A stretch of 53,982 nt of DNA, counting the filler, from Catajapyx aquilonaris (taxonomy: Eukaryota), in assembly GCA_000934665.2 (NCBI GenBank). It is 3 parts of 3 records of this genome, joined end to end, with 100 filler letters (N's around TTAATTAATTAA, not from the genome) between each part and the next. Parts side by side here need not be neighbours in the genome. Positions count along the whole stretch, not along the records: positions 1 to 17,909 come from JYFJ02006827.1; positions 18,010 to 35,902 come from KZ539601.1; 1 more part is not named here. The stretch is one strand, 5' to 3'. Positions 12,293-26,520 of this stretch are shown here, in pieces. Under the pieces are notes generated by a model. The model was not told the origin of the DNA. It was given only the letters and a program-made list of their open reading frames with translations, and made no database searches. How positions within the stretch are numbered: position 1 is the stretch's first letter; every line of letters starts with the position of its first letter. The position numbers and the translations under genes are program-made.

Positions 12293-15200
12293 TTATGGTT
12301 TCCCCCCAGTATGTAATCCAGCATGTCTTTTCATGCTACCCAAGTTACTGAATTTTTTTCCACATGTTGTGCACACATAGGGCTTTTCTCCTGTATGAAT
12401 TCGCATGTGTCTCCTCATCTCTGAAGAACAAGAGAACTTCTTTCCACATTCTGTACAATCAAAAGGCTTTTCCCCAGAGTGTGCCCTCGTAACATGGTCT
12501 TCCAGAGTGAACTTCCGACCAAATGCTTTCCCACATTCCTTACAACCATAAGGCTTCAGTAGAGCATGTACACAATTGTGATGCGTTTTCAAACTCCCTA
12601 TTTCAGTAAACTGTCTGCAGCAAATATTGCATTTGTAAGGCCTCTCTCTAGTGTGAACACGTAAATGCCTGGTCACATTCCTCTTGTTTGTAGATTGGTA
12701 TAAACACAAACTGCATGCATGTACAACCTTCTTCCCTTCCATCTTCCTGATGACTTTTGGGTTCTCCCCATCATTTGATATTCCAGGTGGATAGTTATCT
12801 TCTGCCATGTTCTTTTCATTCAGATTGACTGATTCTCTTGCAGCAGCAGTACTACATTCACCCTGATCATCCCCACTTTGAGGACCCTCCTTTCCAGTAC
12901 TACTTTTGGGCATCGCATGCGGCTGTGACTCCGAATCTGATGACCCAGCCAACTGGTCATCATTTGCACCACACCTCTTTTGTGCAACGCCATCCTGAAA
13001 ATTTTAAAGCAGGGTTATTACACATCAATTCGGGAAATTGCCATGGGTGGACTACCTCTACCCTTTTCAAGTGTATTCATACAGATTACAAATCCTATTA
13101 ACACATAAAAAATGATCGGTCCCAAGATTGAATTTCCCATAGCATCCTACAGAGTGGAAAGGATAGCGAAGATAACATCAGAATCAAGTTTCCCGCTTTC
13201 CGTATGGGGAAAATCACATACTGAAATTCACCATGATAAAAGCTAATTGTACTGAGTTTTCACCCAACTCCCAAACAAGACAGAAGGTTGATGCAGTTGT
13301 TACAATATTGAGTGACGTATGGTATTTCAGGAACTAGGACAGGTAGATTCTCGATGGTGGCGCCATTGGCGGTCTAAAGCGCAAGTTCTGGCAGGAAACT
13401 ATGTGTATGCGGCCAGTGCTGGAGCCTCATGTAAAAACCATGTATCTCTGATTTGGCCATTTTGAGATATTGCACCTCAAAGTTCGTGATCTGCTATTAG
13501 TTCTTGCATAAATCATACTTGAAAAACTTGAATAACTTTGCAGGAAAACAAGTTAGAGAGACGTGGTTTGTACCAGTGGATAGAGCTTGAAAAGACCTGT
13601 CCAATTGTGGCCTACAAGTAAAAACCCAGTATCTTGAGTTACATGGTTTTTACATGAGGCTCCAGAGTGGGGTCGGAACGTCCGAAATAGTGGCAGAATG
13701 TTTCGCTTCTGGCAGAGAAGATGCCATTTACGGTGCTGATACTACATCCCTTCCTGAACGTTTATAGCCCCAGACCCCAAGTGTTTAGGCTCTAATTAGC
13801 CAGTAATTAATTCATCAAAATGGCGGTCATCAAGAATAATATATTTCGGAATACCCCTCTTATTCATAGCTATTTATCATGTATGTCATGTTATTTTCAC
13901 ACACGTTGGAGTGTAAAACTCCATCGAAATATTAAATTAGATCAAAAACTTTCCCTTCAGTAAAAAAAAAGAGAAGACCTCCGCGGCGGAATAAAAGTAC
14001 TGAAACAAGTCAGGCGCACGTAAGACCTTCACCAATTGATTTAAGCTGTACCATAGGTCTTACTCAAGCAATTTCCAATTCATTGCTCAGGAAGTCTCCT
14101 TTCTGAAACAAATCTGTGGAGTTTCTGTCGTACTACTAGTTACTTCTAACTTAGCAGTACCAGTGTAGTGCAATGGTACTTCTAAGGTAGCAGTATCTTA
14201 GCTCTTATTGGCAGTATTAGTTTTCCATGAGCCACTCCATATCAGTGTTTTATGAAATTAGGAACTTCAATATTAAGCATATTGAATTTCTATGCGATTA
14301 GTGCGAATTATTGCCATGAAACATTCATGCAGAATCGTCACCTCTTTTAGATGCTGATTTTAACTCTAACGTTTAATTTTTCACATATAAATGTTAATTG
14401 GTGAATTTTAGAGGGTCTTTTTCGATTGGACCAAGTCTGTTAGAATGGGTTTAGTTTTTTCCCCATTTTTTTCTTTTCATAATAAAATCCTATCTACTTC
14501 TCTGAGTAGTTTGCAGCAGTCATTTTACGAGCCGTTCCATACCGTACTTGAGAATTGCTTGAAAAAGACCTATGGTACAGCTTAAATCAATTGGTGAAGG
14601 TCTTACGTGCGCCTGCCTTGTTTCAGTACTTTCATTCCGCCGCGAAGGTCTTACTTCTCTTTTTTTTTACCGAAGGGAAAGTTTTTGATATAATTTCAGT
14701 TCTTTTTTGACAGTACACGTAACTTATGCTCTACACTATACAGTCTGCACTATGAATGCATTGGAGACGATTTTCGTCGCTTAGAAGTCCCTAAAATTAT
14801 TTTCACAGAGATAGTCATAAAAAAACCAAAGTCGAGTGCTATACCAGCCAATGGTTAGTCTGATTTAATTATTATGAAATAGCCTATACGCTAAAATATA
14901 CGGAATATATACATTGAGAACTGCACCAGACGAATTTGCTGAAATCGTGGTACTTTGCAAGAATTCAATCAATACTTCTCTGCGGCTTGCCTCCGTCACA
15001 TCTGAAAACTCCCAACCGTACTTAATTTTCGAGAAATGCGACGATTGCAGCAAATCAGTTCGTCTGGCACGTTACAATAAAATACGCAAGTACATGTCTG
15101 CATACCTGCGTAACGAACGGACAGTATGTCTGTGTTTGCATGGAAATGCCCAGGACATGTATCTTTTCCAATTCCCGGACCCGCGGAAACCAAAACTAGA

Positions 15201-17159
15201 CAACTGTCACCAATGTCACTTACAACATTATTCGGGGCAACCCTTCAATTATTATCTACATTGAGAACCGTACCAGCCGAATTAACTGAAATCGTGGAAC
15301 TTTCCAAGAATTAAATCAATACTATGTGTGGCTTGCCTCTGTCACATCTGAAAACTCCCTAACTTATTTAATTTTCGCGAAATGCAACGATTGCAGCAAA
15401 TATTAGTCTGGCACATTTCTCAAGGTAGATATTCCGCATACTGGAACATAATTTCATAATTAAATCAGCTTAAGAGTTGGCCGGTATTACCTGGCGATGT
15501 TATAGCCGAATCGTCATGCAACGAAAACATAAATTTCTGCTTTCAATGTGGCTGTACTATGCACTACTAGACTACATACCGATTAATGAAATCTGTCACA
15601 AATGCAATATTGGCTCACCCGAAAATTATGCAGGACCAAAATATCCGAAATTTCCTTTTGCCGTCTCCTTTGTGCATACCTGGAAAACAATATTTTCCCA
15701 CCGAGGGTCCAAGAAATGGTCTGTTATACCGGAGGTGAGGTGAAAATGAGTCTGATACATCAGGAGTGCAAATACACAGTGCCTAATGGAAGCATGCCGG
15801 GACGGCCTATATAACCGAGTCTGTTATAGCCGAGGCTGTTATATCCGGATTCAATTGCAAATCTGTAATAAGTGCAATGCGTTCACACCAGCGGCAGGGT
15901 ATTTCGCTAATAACAATATGGCTAGTGGGTAAACAAGAATTGTATTTTCTAGGTGATGGGGTCATGAACAAATGAATTAATGACAGAAAAAATATGAGGT
16001 AAAAAAATCCGATCCGATCCTGTAGCAGCGGGAACTGTGAGATTTTGAACATAGATCCGCACCATCCCACTGCACCTGCGGCCCTTTGATGACGAAACCA
16101 AATTCCGAATAGTTATTGAGCAAAAAAATATAGACGGGTTTTTTGGTGGTTTTAAATTTTTTGCGGCGTTTTGAAAAGGAATTAAGTAAAAGTGTAAATG
16201 GTAGGAATGCACCTCACGACGATGGGCATCTGGGTTCAAAATTTGGAAGCTCTACCTACAGCAGGACTTGAGTTAGGGCGAATAAAAAAAGCGTAACAAG
16301 AAGAAGAAGAAGATGTTGAAGAAATTCATTGTTGAAATATTTGCTACGGTCTTACTAAGGGGCTATCGCCCCTTAAATTACAGGCTAATTAGAGCCTTAT
16401 AACTTGTGGTCTGGGGCTATTTACGTTCAGGAAGGGATGTAGTATCAGCACAGTAAATGGCATCGTCTCTGCCAGAAGTGAAACATTATTGTGACTTCCG
16501 ACCCCACTGTGTGAGCCAAGCACGAGTCGCCCTTCTTTCCTGTAAAAACTGCACTTTCCGGCCGCTAGACGGCTCCACCGTCTGAGAATCTACCTGTCCA
16601 TTGGTCTTCTGTTAGAGGTAGTGGCCACTGCTAGCAATATTAAACTCACCTACAAAATTGTTTCATTTTTTTGTAAGTGGGATTCAAGTTATTGTCTGAC
16701 TTGGGTGAGCGTTACACAGCATGGCTCATTGGGTAGAGACAGACCAAGGCCTTGGCCACTGAACAGCTATTGGAAAGGGCAGGTAAGGCATCTTCACATC
16801 TAAAGTAACTGTACCGTCACTAATTGAGAATGAAGATGGTCTTATACCAGAGGTCCATCACTGACTGAAGTAATCAACTGTGGCCTTGATTTTGAAAACG
16901 TAAAGTAAAACTGTGTGGAACGGCACTCCACATGGAAAATTTTGCATTGCAACATTTTTTCGGATCTCTTACAAAACACACACATCAGCTTCATATAGAA
17001 AAAAATTTATAATCAAACCTCGTTTGCTGTCCGGAACAAACACTGATGATCTTTCAACTGCAAATCTTCACTATCCTTCTCCATGTTGCTTTCACATTGC
17101 ATGAGATTTTCCCCATCCTCTTCATTGTTCCTGGCTTCCAACTGCAGCTTCCAATCCTC
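12293..17159 (-). CDS. C2H2 zinc-finger protein, copy B (5 fingers), 5'-incomplete; visible CDS complement(join(12293..12994,17019..17159))
   Basis: ORF 12293..12952 has five C2H2 fingers. The 702-nt and 141-nt exons have the same lengths and splice sites as exons 6 and 5 of copy A. No homologues of A's first four coding exons occur before the gap at 17910. Confidence 0.82.
13337..16599. mobile_element. 3.26-kb non-autonomous TIR element with nested inverted and direct repeats, in the ZNF-B intron; superfamily unassigned
   Basis: TIRs GGACAGGTAGATTCTC / GAGAATCTACCTGTCC; subterminal IR about 13700-13805 vs 16382-16485; inner IRs 13420-13450 vs 13637-13665 and 13935-14061 vs 14565-14696; direct repeat 14911-15070 vs 15258-15413. 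Absent from the paralog (5803-5812). Confidence 0.8.
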
Positions 17160-17909
17160 CTGCAAATTATAAATACTAATTACTTTCACAATATTTACCA
17201 ATCCACATGGTATACATAGGGCAAGCTGTCCATATGGCTTCATCATGATAATTATAAAGAATGTCTTCCAGGATTGATTTTCCGTTACACTTACTGTACA
17301 TACAAGCCTGATTTGCAGAAACCTAATCAAAAGTATGTGAAGTTCAGAAATCCATTTCCCGTGGAAGATATTCACCTGATATAAAAATATACTTTCATGT
17401 AACTGAAAAGAACTGCTGGTGCTTATACAGGGTGGTCGGAAAGTAACTCCATATTAGACACATGTAATAACTTTGTCAAATATTACTCAATTGTCATGAA
17501 ACACTGACCATGGGCAGCTGGATAAACAATTGCCAGGTTGTAGGGTGGTCCATAATAATGGCCAGCACAAAGCCCCCAGACCTTAAGCACTACGACTATT
17601 TCTGGTGAGGATGGGCAAATGAGGGCGTGTACCGCACCAAACCGCAAAATTTGGATCAACTTGAGAGAGCATTCGAGATGCGCTGGGCATAGTACCGCAA
17701 GATTACATGCATATAAGTCAGTCACATGCATACCAAATTGACAGGAAATTCTGGTTCCTATGTACAGTGCTGGACACAATAGCATATAACAAGTGTAAAC
17801 AACGACTTTAGCGTTACCTGGCAACTGGTCGTGTTCGGACATCGTCATGTGGAGAGTGCTTAGCGTTCTTTCTGTCGTTGCCACTGTTTACAGGTAGCGA
17901 TTGATGCTG

Positions 17910-18009
17910 NNNNNNNNNNNNNNNNNNNNNNNNNNNNNNNNNNNNNNNNNNNNTTAATTAATTAANNNNNNNNNNNNNNNNNNNNNNNNNNNNNNNNNNN
18001 NNNNNNNNN
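17910..18009. other. Artificial 100-bp assembly spacer (N44-TTAATTAATTAA-N44)
   Basis: The 12-mer gives stops in all six frames; an identical construct is at 35903-36002. Confidence 0.92.
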
Positions 18010-18483
18010 TAGCGCAGAGAGCGCATGCGTGCCGGATCCGCGATGATAGGGTGCCAAAGCTCCAAAGCGCCCGGTGCTCGCCCATCCACGTCTCGAAATT
18101 ACGCGACCTTGAACAGGTCTAGAACTTGTCATAACCTGGCTGCATACTAGTTAGCAGAAGTGGCGTGGCAGGATTTTCTGTGCTAGTGACGTCACAGATG
18201 CTGTTGGCAACATTGGATAGCGCCTCCTCGTGACGTCACGACCCCTCCCCCTTCGCCGCCGGCTCTACTTTTTTAGTCGTCCATTTTGTTGTTCCTGGAA
18301 GTCCCCTTGGGTTGTTCTGAACATCAGTGCTCCTCACTTGACGCCCTTGCAGCCTCCTCCTGCCCTCCACTGCCTCGAACAGAAGGTGTGTGCAACATGC
18401 CTTGGACTAGGAAGGAACTGGGAACCTTGCAGGATGGACTCTTATTGCGCTCTCTTCTTTTCCTTCCTTCCAGACGAACGACC
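18010..18483 (+). promoter_or_regulatory. Hsc70 promoter and 5' UTR with a probable 5'-UTR intron (18386-18473)
   Basis: GC-rich. GCGCATGCGT (NRF1/Ewg-like) 18021-18030; TGACGTCA (CRE) at 18187-18194 and 18231-18238; ATTGG 18212-18216; Inr-like TTAGTC near 18273; aag|gtgtgt donor and a pyrimidine tract ending ccag 10 nt before the ATG. No TATA box or canonical three-unit HSE seen. Confidence 0.6.
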
Positions 18484-20855
<2,372 letters not shown>

Positions 20856-20872
20856 AAGTTGGAGTTGCTTTG

Positions 20873-20878
20873 AATAAA
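20873..20878 (+). terminator. Putative polyadenylation signal of Hsc70
   Basis: AATAAA 17 nt after the stop codon, followed by T-rich sequence. Confidence 0.55.
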
Positions 20879-21388
20879 AAATTTTTTTATTCAAATTGAT
20901 TTGATGCAGTTTTTTAGTAATTTGTACCTGAGATCCTAGCATGTCTTAGTTCTTTCGCAGTAGTGATCCCAATAGATCCATGACCTAATTTTTTCCACTG
21001 GCAAATTCCAGCAGATGTGTAATTGTGGTGAAAATGCAGTAACTGTGCGGATATTCCTACACATAGTGCAGCTATTGACTTACCTAGGAAGATTTTGTTT
21101 TCAGTTGACTCCAAAGGTGAGGTTGCTCATTACACGTTGCAAAATGTTGCACTTTCACTGTTCACTACATCCTTGGTAGCTTCCCATCTCACCCTTACAT
21201 TAAACTGCCTCATTGCCACTTTATTACTCAATGGCAAATGCCAAAGTCCATTTGTTCCCAAGGTTGATCAACTTGAGATATTTCAATAATATTTTAAGTC
21301 ATGTGTTAGAAGGCCGAAACTAAGATAGAAAAAAATAATTCAGCAATTACAACAGAAGTTACACGGCTACCTATATCAGGCCTATATA

Positions 21389-21803
21389 CAGGATGTATCT
21401 GAACTCAGTGCCCCGACGTATATGATTGCCTTCCTAGCCACCAGAGGATCGATTTAAGTATAGGAGTCATATGTCTGGGCAGCCTCATTACTGAGATACA
21501 CTCTTTAGCGATTTTTGCCTAATCGCTCCTTCTGACATTTAAATAGAATTTTCTGGTGTAACTAGCCAAAGAGGCCTTACCACCTGTGGGCAACAAACCA
21601 ACAAAGTCCCGCCCCCAGACCTTCCAGAGCCTTCTGACTGGGGGAGGGTTCGATGGGTGGCCTAACCGACAGGATATTTTGTACTACATGTTTGCGGCCA
21701 ATTATGAGGCTGCCCAGACATATGACTCCTATACTTAAATCGATCCTCTGGTTGCTAGGAAGGCAGTCATATACGTCGGGGCACTGAGTTCAGATACACC
21801 CTG
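21389..21803. mobile_element. Tc1/mariner-type MITE
   Basis: TA|CAGGATGTATCTGAACTCAG...CTGAGTTCAGATACACCCTG|TA, TIRs of about 100 bp. Confidence 0.88.
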
Positions 21804-21850
21804 TAGAGAATGCGAGGACAATCTGTATACTTTTGTCTCCACTCATTGCT

Positions 21851-21985
21851 TCACTTTCCATGCAATGCAATGTGGCAATCCTCACATCGAATGGTGCAGT
21901 GCTGAGTGCTGGTAGCAATAATGATGGAATCGTGTATTATATCCCAATAATTCAGGTATTTCAGTCCATTGTATCGAGTTTCATA
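21851..21985 (-). mobile_element. Possible piggyBac transposase C-terminal Cys-rich remnant
   Basis: ETRYNG...CTIRCEDCHIALHGK resembles the RYDG...CxxCxVxLH C-terminus of piggyBac/PGBD proteins. Confidence 0.4.
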
Positions 21986-22338
21986 CATTTTTTCTAACGC
22001 CTTTCTCTTTTTACATCTTGGAAAGTATGGGTCCGAAGTTGCACTATGTAACACTATGGCTATACAGGGTGATCTAAAACACTTCTCCGATTGCTGCGGC
22101 TGTTGTTGGCAGCAAGATTGGCGGCACTAATCTGCATAATTTAAGCACTTACTTTAATTGCTATCAAAAGTACGAATATTTGTGGATTGTAGGGTACCAT
22201 TGTTTCCCTTGATGCAATTCACCACTCATAAAGGCGTTGAAAGCTGGATAGAGTTATATCGAGGTATTACTGTACAACCGATTGGCACATAATGTGACTG
22301 GTGACTGGTGGCCCAGCAGAGTTGACTTTATAATTTCT

Positions 22339-22661
22339 CAGGGGCGGATCCAAGGGGGGGGGGGGGGGNNNNNNNNNNNNNNNNNNNNNNNNNNNNNNNN
22401 NNNNNNNNNNNNNNNNNNNNNNNNNNNNNNNNNNNNNNNNNNNNNNNNNNNNNNNNNNNNNNNNNNNNNNNNNNNNNNNNNNNNNNNNNNNNNNNNNNNN
22501 NNNNNNNNNNNNNNNNNNNNNNNNNNNNNNNNNNNNNNNNNNNNNNNNNNNNNNNNNNNNNNNNNNNNNNNNNNNNNNNNNNNNNNNNNNNNNNNNNNNN
22601 NNNNNNNNNNNNNNNNNNCCCCCCCCCCCCCCACCAAATCGAAAGTCTGGATCCGCCCCTG
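22339..22661. mobile_element. Short TIR element (hAT-like) spanning an N-gap; related end at 53952-53982
   Basis: CAGGGGCGGATCCA...TGGATCCGCCCCTG; flanks TAATTTCT / TAAATTCT (7 of 8 match). Confidence 0.7.
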
Positions 22662-23469
22662 TAAATTCTGTAAGTCACTGAAAGCCTGTGCACACTAACC
22701 GAAAACAATACAATCAAAATAATGTACTGTGAGGCAATACGAACCCTCATTTTTGCACTGCTGTCGAGGACCAGATGATTTGACGGTTATCTTGGGACAC
22801 ACTCCACTCGACACTTGAGTTGTGGTACGCCTATCAGCAATAAGAAATGATTATGAATACAATACAGCAACATGAGCAGAGAGTCAATCTCCCGGGCGGG
22901 AGATTGACCAGTTCAACGCCAGTTTCAAAAAAATATGAAAATATATGAAATTTCAGGCGCCTGAAATTTCATATTTTAATTGGTAAATCCATTGAGAGCA
23001 TTTTCCCTCCATCTGGTGCCAGGAGTGTCAACTACACCTGTGCATCTTATCATCCTATATGTAGTTCCAATGCGTCTCGCTGTGGGCGTGCTGTCTCTGC
23101 CTACCCACTCTTCGTCGCCTCTCTTTGTTCTCTTCCTCTTCAGTTTCCGTCGCATCCATCAGGGCAGCATCTCCTTATTCTCTCTTCCCCCATCTCTCTT
23201 TGATGCTGGCCCGTGGAGAGATTCGCTCCGTGATGGACCCTTTGGAGGTGCCTGGTTGGAGTGGGGACTGGATAAGTCCAGAAGAGGTCTTCGTCTTTTG
23301 TGGAGTACCTTTCATCTTTTCTCTTCGTCTCCATCTCCTCCTGTTACATTTCTTGCCGGATGGACACATTTTTTTGGCTCCTGCCCACTCACACAAGCAA
23401 ACTAATGCAACTGCCGAACTGGCCACATATGACAATCATGCTTCATATGACTCCAACGTCGCATTGTGC

Positions 23470-25330
23470 AATTTTTCATAGATTGATCATATTTTGGTAA
23501 AGGTGAACATTTTCGGCCAATAGCGTCCGGCACTGATGGTGTCCAGGATCGGTGACTCTGGCTTACATTTTGTGATTTTCTGATTATAAATGATTTATTG
23601 TCAGTTTTACAGTGTCTGTGTGAATTTCCTTGCTGTCACTCGCAGGTACCTGTCCTTAGTCGACCGTCATTTATCTTCTTTATTTATCTTCATCATACTG
23701 TTGCAATCGCATGCTGGAAGTTATCTTTGCCATCTGATGGATCGGTTCTTGTGCCCGATTGTGTTCGAGGTACGTTAGAGGTGTCATTTGCTGTAGTCCA
23801 GTCTGTCATGCAGCAGGTGCGAACATACAGACCAAGCACATAAGACACTGCATGTACTACAGTGCCTCAGAGTCATGATTGTATCAGCGAGGGCCCAGTA
23901 GCGTCGCCCTGAGAATATTTTCTTGTGGTCCCAGACTTGTGTCGAATGCGGGCCAAGTGTCCAGATTGCAGGAGAATCCATTTTTTAAGTGTGATTTTAG
24001 GAAACCAATAGGGGAAAATATTGAGCCATGAACTTGTCGTAGTTCTTCACACAGATGCATTTGTTGAGAGTAGCTTTTTTAATGAGGTTGGAGCTGTATG
24101 ACATTTCTATCATACTTATGTATCTACACTTTCAGTGTAAAAACGTATGTGATGATAGTCCTAGCACAATTTAATGAGTTTTGACTCATTCCTGTGAGAC
24201 ACACACTTGACTCAACCAATATCATGCTTCATCCTTGCACTGCTTAGGGCTCACCTGCTCGTTCGGAGCACTGGAACCATGTGTGGCGTGGGAGTGCTCC
24301 TCAACAGCTTTCAGGCTCCTCTAAATTCTCAGTCGCAGTCCACATGTGCAAAATGGGTGTTCTGGTTGTTGCTGCACCTTTCTCCATGGAAATAGTTGTT
24401 ATTGTACAGCAGTGCATGGGTGTAATCTGAAGCTTAATTATAGCTTGGTTTCAAGTAAGTGTTCAGAACATTTCTGACAGCACATGTCTCTCATTTGAAG
24501 GGTCCCAATGGCTGCAATGCATTCATTTAGTGTCATTATATTAGCAGAGTACATGCCTTTTTATTATGTGCAAATAATTATATTTTGCAAACGTAGAGAG
24601 TGTTCGGTGTGGTGGACATCTTTGGTCAGGTGCTCTCTGTTAGTGCTACCCACATTAAAATAAACATTATGGCATGCGGATATTTTGAAAAAATGACAAA
24701 TTTTGCAGCACTTTCATCATCTCTCAGTTTTGAAGGCTACTTATTGATGGCACTGGCAAATGGTTTTTACATGACTCGTCCATCGTCGTGATCATTGAAT
24801 ATCAATGCGAATGTGTTTCACATCCTACTGGTAGGCCTCTGTGCACCATACATTAAAAGTAGGTGTCGTGATGCTCCACTTCTTGGCTTGTTTTTCGGAG
24901 TTCAGAGAGAATGGGTTCAGCACCAGTGATTCACACAAATATGATATTTCCAGCTGTGTTATGTTTTTCGTCGTGTGGCTCATCAAATAGTCCCTGTCTT
25001 TTTCCTCCCTTTTCATCGACATGTGCTCCATTCCCTCTCCATCTACGGCATTTTTGCGATAGAGCGGACATGAAGCGACGATTATTTTTTTCGTTGAATA
25101 CCGCATTTGATCACACCAATCGGATGCTCAACATCTCTACTAAGCAATGCCAACCTTAAAATTGGCAAGTATTGCTGTTCTTTGGCACCAGCTGCTCATA
25201 CGTTCAACTGTGCGCGCCAAAGGCCTTTTGGTGTCTGGGGACACGCGCGGCTTTTGGCGCCTCTGTAAGCATTGCCATTCATTCGATCACTTCTCAAGTG
25301 TGTCTGTTGGATGCAGCTTGATGTCCTCTT
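23470..25330 (-). mobile_element. Degenerate Mutator-like (MULE) transposase relics
   Basis: Broken minus-strand peptides CNSMMKI...TKDRYL, RVSPDTK and KPFASAI recall invertebrate MULE/SWIM-type transposases; many stops and frameshifts. Confidence 0.35.
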
Positions 25331-26520
25331 TCGATTGGTGTGCTTAAATTGTCGGAGGGTGATCTCTGTGTGCTTCAGTTTCAGTAACTAACCAGAGTCA
25401 TCCGAAAGCTTTGGTTCGTTACCAAAAATTACAAAAAATTCATGTACACACCTTATGCCAATGATTTGGAGCGTCAAACTCGGAAACCTCTGTGGGAGTC
25501 GCGTAATACAGCAGTGTCCCAAGATTCAGCCCAATTCCACACCTCCATGTATTTATTTGGACGGTAACGAACCAAGCCATTTTCCTGCCGCCGAGCGTGC
25601 TCCCTCCGATCTAGGCTCAGATAATAACCAAATCCACGCCCAATAATGCAGAAATTTTTATGTAATGGTTTTCAATGGCGCTGATTTCAGATCTGATGTC
25701 AGAAATTCAAAAATCAAAATGGTTGATCCAATATGGCAGACAGCATGTGCCGAGAATTGGACAGATATACAGTATTAGCGTCAAAATTAGTTTACGGCGG
25801 CTGTAGAGGGCTCTGATTTCAAATTCAATGTAAAAAAGTTACAAATCAATGTGGCGCGATGTGTTATCCGGATATGTCCTGATGCTACCGCCGATTTTAT
25901 TGGGAGGAAGGGGGAGAGATGCAGCTCTTCAATGGTTCTTATTTATGATGCTGAAAACAATTTTTCACGAATCCTTCATGTTATAAACAGTTGCCTCTAT
26001 TTACAATGCCACTGCAAGATGGGTGGTCCGGAAGTTAATTGTCTCTAGCGGTCAAGGTACGTGGCAGGTGGCAGGTGGTGGCAAGCTAGTCTTTGGTTCT
26101 TCTCAGTCATGAGAGCCTCCCGCTTTTTATAGGCCGCAAATAAAATAATTTGCATTTATCTGAAATTTTGCAGGTCTGAATTTATTGGAAAATTGACTGA
26201 AATGACCCATTTTCAAATACCTTCATTTATAGGCTTAGTAAATATTTAAAGATAATTATAACTCCTTATACAGTCATATGCATTACGCATTACAATGTAG
26301 TGCAGCTAAAATGGCTGTGCTCAGAGGTCAGAGGTTATAAATTTTTGAATAAACCATTATTAAAATGTTTTCCCCTCTAGTCAGTTCATAACTTCATTGA
26401 TGTGTCTGTGTCAGCCTGGTCCCCAAAGGCTGGTGTGTAGACAGGCAGCAGCCTTTTCATATACTGGGTTACATCCAACCACGGTCATATAAGTAAGGTC
26501 TGGTCACTCCCACCCACCCC

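Larger units (their letters stand above)
1494..17765. repeat. Tandem segmental duplication: about 1494-7802 vs about 9815-17765
   Basis: Co-linear direct similarity of exons, introns and 3' flank (e.g. 2108-2790 vs 10388-11060; 5461-5803 vs 12989-13335; 5812-6612 vs 16600-17378; 7002-7802 vs 17393-17765), interrupted by copy-specific TE insertions. Confidence 0.93.

Noticed and set aside
17954..17965. TTAATTAATTAA palindrome inside N-runs (also 35947-35958)
   Set aside because: Synthetic six-frame-stop spacer centred in exactly 100-bp gaps; not biological.
18286..18483. N-terminal extension of Hsc70 suggested by ORF 18286..18801
   Set aside because: Starts at a non-ATG codon and runs through the probable 5'-UTR intron; the canonical [12 protein letters not shown] begins at 18484.
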